From a virus: 64,000 bases of DNA. A model generated the notes under the pieces. That model was not told the origin of the DNA. It did no database searches and saw only the letters and a program-made list of their open reading frames with translations. Made by a program: the position numbers and the translations under genes. This document shows positions 58,201-64,000 of this stretch, in pieces. Every line of letters starts with the position of its first letter. Within the stretch, counting starts at the first letter, position 1. The stretch lies in IMG/VR virus record IMGVR_UViG_3300020445_000983, positions 20,880 to 84,879 of that record; one strand, given 5' to 3'.

Positions 58201-58852
58201 CTAGGTCTGTAATATTAGCGTACTCAAAACAAGTTAACTTATGATGAGAAAAGTTTGGAGCAATAGTGTCAACAATATCAGGACGATAGTAAACTCCATT
58301 ATTGTCACCGTCAAAGAAAGACTGTTGCCAGAAATAACATCCACCAGTTAGTTTGAATATACCAGAGGCAGATGGTTCGTTAGCAGTTGTAATACCAAGT
58401 GATGCTTGTGTTGTAGGATATGGTACATATTTCGGTACTATCTTAGTACGACGTAAGTCAGATCCAACAACAGAACAACCTCTGGGAACAATGATTCCAC
58501 CGTTAACTGAGTTAAACTTATGGAGAATATTGTTAGAAGAGGTTAGATCGAAATTTGTATTTTCATCAAATGGTGTAATTTCAGTGTACTGTGCAGTACC
58601 AGGTCTATTATCAATTACATACTCAGAAGGATAGAGGTATATACTAAATGCGTCAAATTCGTCATTACTAAGTCCAACTCTATATGAAAATCTAGATACT
58701 TCAAGAAAGGCACGTTGTAACGTCTTAAATGGACGCAAAGCAGAGTTACCTCGGTTGTCGTATGCATCCGATGCATCAAAATCGTCGGGGTTGACGTATA
58801 TAATACGACCAGTCCTCGACGTGATGATATTCTTAAGACGGGTTAATGCCAT
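55277..58852 (-). CDS. Large tail-fibre/structural protein with a beta-helix-like N-terminal region
   Basis: IIYVNPDDFDASD..DNRGNS..RPFKTLQRA, SPYVFNCSLRS.WG, SITNSNSNFG, C-terminal LVFLNGVAQ.PG.DY. Confidence 0.8.
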   Translation of the reverse strand: MALTRLKNIITSRTGRIIYVNPDDFDASDAYDNRGNSALRPFKTLQRAFLEVSRFSYRVGLSNDEFDAFSIYLYPSEYVIDNRPGTAQYTEITPFDENTNFDLTSSNNILHKFNSVNGGIIVPRGCSVVGSDLRRTKIVPKYVPYPTTQASLGITTANEPSASGIFKLTGGCYFWQQSFFDGDNNGVYYRPDIVDTIAPNFSHHKLTCFEYANITDLDLYYQKISKAYATIPDTSGTIAQDQLQARVEENRIVGPISDEFRVSQIIRNGQTATAFTVDIQDNPINHGFSVGVAVNIAGVTGPTEADSNLYNGSFLVTSAQGNQFTYQMSSEPTGNAIGSNVLVKVEIDTVDSASPYVFNCSLRSVWGINGMHADGAQATGFKSMVVAQFTGISLQKDDRAFVKYNASTGNYEAQAAGSGAHIDGLSKYRKGWRNRHIYASNDAFIQVVSVFAVGFGDHFFSDSGGDLSITNSNSNFGNTSLRSKGFKSASFTKDKAGQLTHVIPPKSLSDVPEISINWVTLDIQKIKAAADPTKLFLYGYTNQNAKPPSKVQGYTVGARRDSPTVPDNLNVLLIAAGAQEPTTHSAKFDPSGKEVTGTSPGDDASPIKFDQNQSNWYVQVDSANNDIYTTLIANSQYNNLGFTPTTFVRRVPDARDLKDRIYRFRYVLDKDSFPVPRVPITGFVVQPRSSETNSPAYDKTYYIYEVETYQEFERGVKDGIYYLTFLNASVSPATSNFDDFAFSQNQVDVYPTFDRDNPLADPAPSISIADNEILGRVTTTDGASPNPNEDKQLSVTKESTQFFLLETENNLGYNTTANTLNNIVVTARLGDEEERKIALKLNADNSVAPILCELRRYSILRASGHTFEYLGFGPGNYSTAFPSTQVEVLTPQQVRLSQSLKESAGVAYYSGVNSDGELFVGNQVINPVTGQITNEDIAQLNVLGEENTTIQTFSEVVLTDKLTVIGGASNQLESVFSGPVTFQKRINAQENIQTLLLTYSNNDGTVLRQTFLASDDGSGNPDVDSALAFNDGDLVYNIDWEAGDSLGWIYETGIWYKFGMTDTAPITSRRFGGVTNYGIGEAPDASNRMRITGNVAITGNIDVTGNYGAADKYTLATGVANSNNGVTYQGNGSTASFAISPGHTAYSVLVFLNGVAQIPGLDYTVTGNAVDFSIGTAPAATDVIQIRELVI

Positions 58853-58888
58853 TTACTTAATGAACCTTATGTTTATATTTATCCCGCC

Positions 58889-60790
58889 TTAAGGAGTGCT
58901 ACCTGCAGGGGGTTGATATTGAGTTTGACTATAGTCACCAACTTGATTCTCAAATCCATTAAGTTGGAAAGTAGCATTAGTATCAGATGCGTACACAACT
59001 ATGTGTGAACCAGGTCCGATAACAATACCCTTGTGCTCATTAGTGTCATTTGCAGCACAAGTCTTATCATAAAATAGGTAATCTTCATTTACTAAAGCAT
59101 TAGCATCAGTAACAGAACTAACCGTTGCTACTTGTCTTGTACCTATACCTTGAATAGGTGGAGTATCAACAAAGGTGTCACTACCAGCAAAAGGTGTAGT
59201 GTTGCCACCCCAAGTAATCGTCAGATCAGCAGAAACACCTTTGTTCCATTTCTGAACATAACCCCAAGCACCAGGTGTTGGTGATCCTAAGGTTTGAGTT
59301 GCAGTACCAACAACAAATGTGTTACCAGTTACAGGTGTACCACCTTCAACGTCATAAACGTATATTGAGTCAAAGACTGGATCCTGTACTACATCAATGT
59401 TTCCTGCATATCCTGCAGTACCATCAGCATAGTAGTATAGAGGGTCAGGAGTATTAGCAGTTATTGAAATTTCAATATATGCTGTACCTCCAGATCCTGC
59501 GGTACCGACCTTCGTTACACCTGTAGTAAATTCTGTACCAGCAGTAGGTGTAGCGTTTGTACCTTCGTTAACATCAGAGAATCTAAATGCTAAGGAAGAG
59601 TTACTAGCGTCTGATATGTCCCATCGATAAGTTCTATCCTTATCAACAGTAAACTGAGTATCAGGTATTATTTCTTCTCCTGCTGTTTCAGACCAAATAA
59701 ATCTACTCTGGAATCCAATGTTAGAAGTAACAGTTAATGTGAGAGGTGTATCTATAGTTGCACCACCAGCACCAGTTAATGTTTCCTCAGCAGTAAACCA
59801 TTTTGCAGCACCAGTAGCACCAGCAGTAGCAACCAATGGTGTAACAGTAGCACCATCGTTATGGTTCGCTGCTGTGGTTCCCCACTGTGCACGCTCAACT
59901 GTAAGGTCATTACCAGCAACAGCAGTACAAAGTAGAACTTCGTTACCTATAAGTATATGCTGTCCTGATACTACAGTAGTACCATTAGTAACAGTCACTG
60001 TTAAGTCAGTAGACTGATATACCTGACCCTCGTTAATAGTAGTTGTTGTTCCAGATGGAGTATATGCCTGAAGGTATTGACCAGGTGTATGTGCTACAGC
60101 AGTAGTACCAAATGTACCACGAGTAACAGTTACGGTAGCACCTCCTGTATTAGTTGGTGAGTTATAGAATGCGATACCAGTAATGGTTGCGACTTCAGCA
60201 GCAGCATTATCAGCATCAAACACAATATAATCATTCACTGCCATATTATCAGCAGTTGTAAATTTAATAGCAGTATCTCCTGAAGCAATATCATCAAGTT
60301 CTAGTGATATTGTTGAAGTACCAATACCACGGAAAACTCCAGCTAGACCAGACGTACCAGCAGTAATAGCCTCGCCACCAACGAATGTTCCAGAACCAGT
60401 TGTGGAGTCAATAAATAAGTCTCCTGTTCTCTTTACCTTTGTAGAATATGTGGTAGTTGTGGTAGTACGTACAACATCCCCTATACGTGCACTCCAGTTA
60501 CCTTGATCCGATACAACTCCCAAACCTGGTGTCGCAGTAGATTGCGTCAATCCTGGATTGAGTGCTAATTTATACTTTGTGATAGGGTTACCTTTCTTAA
60601 AGTCATAGGTGTTAGCATCAAGTGTTAAAACTTGACTGTAATCCTTATGTCCCACTCTATAGGTAATACCAGAACCAGATCTGTTGGCTACGTGTAACAC
60701 ACCACTGGTGGTTATTCCAATGTGAGAACTGTATAGTACCGTATTTGTTGTTGCTGCGGGGGATACGGCAGCGAGTCTTCCTGCTGTCAT
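58889..60790 (-). CDS. Virion structural protein (tail-fibre-associated)
   Basis: MTAGRLAAVSPAATTNT start, V.R...GTTA..H repeats, TPDPLYYY. Confidence 0.75.
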   Translation of the reverse strand: MTAGRLAAVSPAATTNTVLYSSHIGITTSGVLHVANRSGSGITYRVGHKDYSQVLTLDANTYDFKKGNPITKYKLALNPGLTQSTATPGLGVVSDQGNWSARIGDVVRTTTTTTYSTKVKRTGDLFIDSTTGSGTFVGGEAITAGTSGLAGVFRGIGTSTISLELDDIASGDTAIKFTTADNMAVNDYIVFDADNAAAEVATITGIAFYNSPTNTGGATVTVTRGTFGTTAVAHTPGQYLQAYTPSGTTTTINEGQVYQSTDLTVTVTNGTTVVSGQHILIGNEVLLCTAVAGNDLTVERAQWGTTAANHNDGATVTPLVATAGATGAAKWFTAEETLTGAGGATIDTPLTLTVTSNIGFQSRFIWSETAGEEIIPDTQFTVDKDRTYRWDISDASNSSLAFRFSDVNEGTNATPTAGTEFTTGVTKVGTAGSGGTAYIEISITANTPDPLYYYADGTAGYAGNIDVVQDPVFDSIYVYDVEGGTPVTGNTFVVGTATQTLGSPTPGAWGYVQKWNKGVSADLTITWGGNTTPFAGSDTFVDTPPIQGIGTRQVATVSSVTDANALVNEDYLFYDKTCAANDTNEHKGIVIGPGSHIVVYASDTNATFQLNGFENQVGDYSQTQYQPPAGSTP

Positions 60791-60797
60791 TTGTTAA

Positions 60798-62123
60798 TTA
60801 CCAACCTGCTATAAAGTGTTGTTGTATTCTGAGTCTGCCACCCAGATCTGGTGCCGAAATTGGACCTCCGAATGCAACACCAACACTACCAACGTTTTCT
60901 GTTGATAGGAGTGTAGCATCTGCATTAGGGAACTTAATAGTTCTTGTACCTTCAAGATTACCTAGATCCAGGAATACCTGTTTCGTTTCATCAACACCAT
61001 CAATTAACTTAAGTTCCTTAATACTCTTGTTTTCGAGTACCTGTGTCGCTTTAGTTGTTACAAGTGTGTTATTTGAAAGTATATTTGTATTTAGTGATGC
61101 AGTAGGGAAGTCATATCTAAGTGTCTGTGCACCTTGAACTTCCGTCAGGTCAAAATAAACACGAGCGGTAGCATCTGCTTCCTTACTAAAGTAAGGTCCA
61201 GAGTACGTCTTGTTCTTTAAAATTTGTGTAGATTCCGTACCAGCAATAGTAAGAGACTGGTCTGGGAATTTTACAATTCTGTTAGTGGTGAGATCACCAG
61301 CATCTAATAATACTTCAGGTGTCGGGTTATTTGGATCACCAGAAGCGATATCTGATACAGTAGGGTTAATTAAATTCTTATTACTTATGTCCTGTTCTGT
61401 AATAGTATCAAGTATTGTACTCTGAGATGCAGAAGTACCATAATCAGGGAGTCTGTAGATGTGAGTTACAGGTGCTTCCCAAGAGTCAGTTTCAAATAGT
61501 GCTATCTTACCAGCATTTGATGAACCCACAATCTGTAGGTTACCATCCTGAATGATGATAGTCTTATTACTAATAGTCTGTGCGGTATCATTACCGATCA
61601 AAGTAGTAGAAGTAAAACTTCCTGTACTTGGTAAAGCAAACGTACGAATACCAGCACCAGTAGATACAGCAGATACCTCAAACTTTGCTTTCTTATCAGG
61701 GTTCTGATCGTCAGCAATGTAAAAGTTCGTATCAATTAACTCTGTTGGACCATTAACAAGGAATTTACCAGAACCCTGCGGTCGTAAATCAATGTTAACG
61801 TTAGCAGAGGTTGTATCACTTGCAATCAATCTAATAGTGGCAGATCCATCTGCGTTTCCCTGCTTCCTATAGTACATTGATGATGTACCAAAAGCGAGAC
61901 CTATCTCATCATATGCGGATTGATAGAGACCTGTGTCCCTGTCCAAATCAAAACAAAGTCCAGGAGCCGTCTGGGATCCCGCACTCACTCCTTTAAATAA
62001 CTGATTAATCTTTGCTTTCCTATTTGGAATCAAAGGATCAGAGATAACGACTGGCATAATTGCTTCGCCAGTAAGTACCTCATCAGCCAGAGTATCTAAT
62101 TGTGAAATTCTTTTTGTTCCCAC
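60798..62123 (-). CDS. Tail fibre (proximal-type) structural protein
   Basis: KRISQL, GS.TAPGL.FD.D.DTGLY, repeated Q.L.NK trimeric-fibre motifs; GTG start after TATAAATA. Confidence 0.75.
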   Translation of the reverse strand: MGTKRISQLDTLADEVLTGEAIMPVVISDPLIPNRKAKINQLFKGVSAGSQTAPGLCFDLDRDTGLYQSAYDEIGLAFGTSSMYYRKQGNADGSATIRLIASDTTSANVNIDLRPQGSGKFLVNGPTELIDTNFYIADDQNPDKKAKFEVSAVSTGAGIRTFALPSTGSFTSTTLIGNDTAQTISNKTIIIQDGNLQIVGSSNAGKIALFETDSWEAPVTHIYRLPDYGTSASQSTILDTITEQDISNKNLINPTVSDIASGDPNNPTPEVLLDAGDLTTNRIVKFPDQSLTIAGTESTQILKNKTYSGPYFSKEADATARVYFDLTEVQGAQTLRYDFPTASLNTNILSNNTLVTTKATQVLENKSIKELKLIDGVDETKQVFLDLGNLEGTRTIKFPNADATLLSTENVGSVGVAFGGPISAPDLGGRLRIQQHFIAGW

Positions 62124-62151
62124 TTAGCTCAGGCAGTAGTTCGTACAACTT

Positions 62152-62159
62152 TATTTATA
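62152..62159 (-). promoter_or_regulatory. T4-type late promoter TATAAATA
   Basis: Exact consensus. Confidence 0.75.
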
Positions 62160-62166
62160 CACGGTA

Positions 62167-62388
62167 TCATTTGCCTAAACTGGCAGCAGGGTGTGTTTTA
62201 TTAGATACAAAATTAGTTCCACGAATTAAGCAGAGCAAAGCAATACATTTTTGCCTAACTTCTGGTTTGCGTGATCCGATATCTTCGATTCTAGAAATCA
62301 GATCATTGTAAATTTCTGTAGGTGATTTATCACCCTCTACCGCCACTGTGATGTGCTCGGTTTCATCAATAATAACTGGACTAGGCAT
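62167..62388 (-). CDS. Hypothetical protein
   Basis: 73-aa ORF. Confidence 0.55.
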   Translation of the reverse strand: MPSPVIIDETEHITVAVEGDKSPTEIYNDLISRIEDIGSRKPEVRQKCIALLCLIRGTNFVSNKTHPAASLGK

Positions 62389-62506
62389 AAATTTTTGTTA
62401 GCAAGTGAGGATATTGTAGCCTATATAGTGTAGCATAAGGAGAACAAGATGATTTGAAATTACTTTGTAATTTTTCAATTCAAACATTCAACGGAGGCTA
62501 AATTCA

Positions 62507-62668
62507 ATGCATAACCTGTTATCACATAACCAATTAGCAAATTGGAACGCTGTAGATGAAGATGGTTACGATAATGACGATCAAATAAATGACTACTTCG
62601 ACTGCCTAATTGAGTGTGACGACAATCAGAGTTACTGCAGACGACTATGTAAGGAAGTGTTAGTTTGA
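62507..62668 (+). CDS. Small Cys-rich protein of picocyanobacterial/cyanophage type (53 aa)
   Basis: GGAGG RBS; MHNLLSHNQLANW...DYFDCLIECDDNQSYCRRLCKEVLV; read manually. Confidence 0.75.
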   Translation: MHNLLSHNQLANWNAVDEDGYDNDDQINDYFDCLIECDDNQSYCRRLCKEVLV

Positions 62669-62884
62669 CTTCCTAATTAATTCACTCAGAGAAAGTCCCA
62701 GTCTATCAACTGAATCTGCCATTTGTCTGTATCCCGTACCTACATAGACCTGACCACTTGTAACAGCAACGGCACAGATACCCCAGAACCAGTAATACCA
62801 CTTGGACTTTACCTGATGTTTTTTTAACCATTTTAAGGTGGGAGATTCGCTCCCATCTTTTTTTGTCTGTTGAAAAAGAGCCAT
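62660..62884 (-). CDS. Small membrane-anchored hypothetical protein
   Basis: Hydrophobic segment WYYWFWGICAVAVTSGQVYV. Confidence 0.6.
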   Translation of the reverse strand: MALFQQTKKDGSESPTLKWLKKHQVKSKWYYWFWGICAVAVTSGQVYVGTGYRQMADSVDRLGLSLSELIRKSN

Positions 62885-62922
62885 TTCTAAAGGTAATAAA
62901 TAATTTTAGTAGATTCTATATT

Positions 62923-63687
62923 ATGGTACAGAATACAGGTGCAACCTCCTCACGTGGAGGGGAAGATATTGTAGCAAAAGCAAGAGCTGAAAAGCTAACA
63001 ATAGGTGGGATCAATGAGACCGTAATGGATCTGTTCCCTTCTACTGTGGTACGCTACGAACACAATTTTCCAGCGATTGATGATGAAGTAGAGGATGTAA
63101 TAAACTTCATTCGAGAAGAAGAACAGCAAGAAATAAACGTTGACGTTGATCCAGTATATGAAACTGGAGAAAGACGTAATTTTCTTGGTGGTTATGCCGA
63201 TAGGGTACCGAATTTAACGAACTTTATTAAGGAATGCTGTACGCATTACATAGGGCACGATAACTTCGAAATACCTCAGTCTTGGTTGAACCTGTATCCT
63301 AAAGGTACCTGTCAAGAGAAACATTTACATCCAGGATGGGAATTGGCTGGTGTCTATTATCATAGGACCAGACAACATAACGGTATTATAAACTTCCATT
63401 CCCCATTAAGTCAAGCATATTTAGAGTGTTTTGCAACACAGAGGGATATAGCAGTTGAATCTTTCCCAAATACATTATTACTATTTCCAGGTTGGTTAGA
63501 ACATTCTACTACACCAAATGGATCACACGAACAAAAGACATCAATAGGATTAAACATTAAAGTACACAAAACAGGTGAATACGCATTAGAAGGACAATGG
63601 GTAGGCAAGCATTCTCTTCTATGGGCACCTCCAAAATTTTTAAATCAAGACTGGCCAAACCCTAATGAAGGACAAAAAAGCAGCTAA
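62923..63687 (+). CDS. 2OG-Fe(II) oxygenase (TIGR02466-like)
   Basis: LFPS, SWLN...QEKHLHP...AGVYY...LFPGWLEHS; start refined to the ATG after ATAAATA. Confidence 0.85.
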   Translation: MVQNTGATSSRGGEDIVAKARAEKLTIGGINETVMDLFPSTVVRYEHNFPAIDDEVEDVINFIREEEQQEINVDVDPVYETGERRNFLGGYADRVPNLTNFIKECCTHYIGHDNFEIPQSWLNLYPKGTCQEKHLHPGWELAGVYYHRTRQHNGIINFHSPLSQAYLECFATQRDIAVESFPNTLLLFPGWLEHSTTPNGSHEQKTSIGLNIKVHKTGEYALEGQWVGKHSLLWAPPKFLNQDWPNPNEGQKSS

Positions 63688-63811
63688 AAAAATTATTAAA
63701 CAAGCAAAAAAACACCCTGAATGGTATACCAAACAGGATGTAGCATATGCAAAAATGGTTAAAAGGAGAGAAAAGGCTAAGAAATCCGCTTCTCGTCAAC
63801 AATCCGACTAG
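63665..63811 (+). CDS. Small basic protein (48 aa)
   Basis: MKDKKAAKKIIKQAKKHPEWYTKQDVAYAKMVK; read manually. Confidence 0.65.
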   Translation: MKDKKAAKKIIKQAKKHPEWYTKQDVAYAKMVKRREKAKKSASRQQSD

Positions 63812-63917
63812 ATTGCTCTAATACTTTTAGAGCATCCAACAATTCTGGAGTTTCCTCCCACGACCATTCCTGGTTATGTTGGGGGTTTTTCTTTTCTATA
63901 GTGTAAGTTCTTTTCAT
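63777..63917 (-). CDS. Small hypothetical protein (46 aa)
   Basis: MKRTYTIEKKKPQHNQEWSWEETPELLDALK; ATGA overlap with an upstream partial ORF. Confidence 0.55.
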   Translation of the reverse strand: MKRTYTIEKKNPQHNQEWSWEETPELLDALKVLEQSSRIVDEKRIS

Positions 63918-64000
63918 AGAGGAATCTCTCCAGTACATAGATCATCCATTGAAAATACAATAGGATGAAGTTCTTCCATTATAAGGTATTGACTGATCTT

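Noticed and set aside
62507-62668. CP12 assignment or an upstream glutamine riboswitch
   Set aside because: The protein lacks the CP12 AWD.VEEL core and C-terminal pattern, and the leader lacks a recognisable riboswitch consensus.
1-64000. tRNA or rRNA genes
   Set aside because: No cloverleaf or T-loop signature recognised in the intergenic gaps by eye.

Overview
This window is a segment of a T4-like marine cyanomyovirus genome (Kyanoviridae-type; AT-rich, so a Prochlorococcus host is plausible), coded almost entirely on the minus strand. In transcription order (right to left) it holds: (1) a tail-fibre/adhesin block (62.1-51.5 kb); (2) a translationally coupled cluster of a flavin-dependent halogenase, many 2OG-Fe(II) oxygenases, three paralogous 'CP'-motif proteins and an HNH gene (51.4-41.6 kb); (3) an M.Cfr9I/SmaI-like N4-C methyltransferase, an SF2 helicase and an early region of small genes split into cassettes by a repeated ~62-bp promoter element, which also carries a PvuII-like nuclease and a tandem structured GGCA/GUGUAAGUCC motif (41.6-33.3 kb); (4) an origin- or pac-like region with DnaA-type boxes, iteron-like repeats and a counter-oriented promoter (32.3-31.3 kb); (5) baseplate genes (NlpC/P60, PAAR, gp25, gp6) and a giant gp7-like ORF of at least 7444 codons that runs off the left edge and is missing from the ORF track. 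By eye, CATG and CCGG appear absent from the window. All family assignments come from motif recognition and memory; no searches or counts were run.
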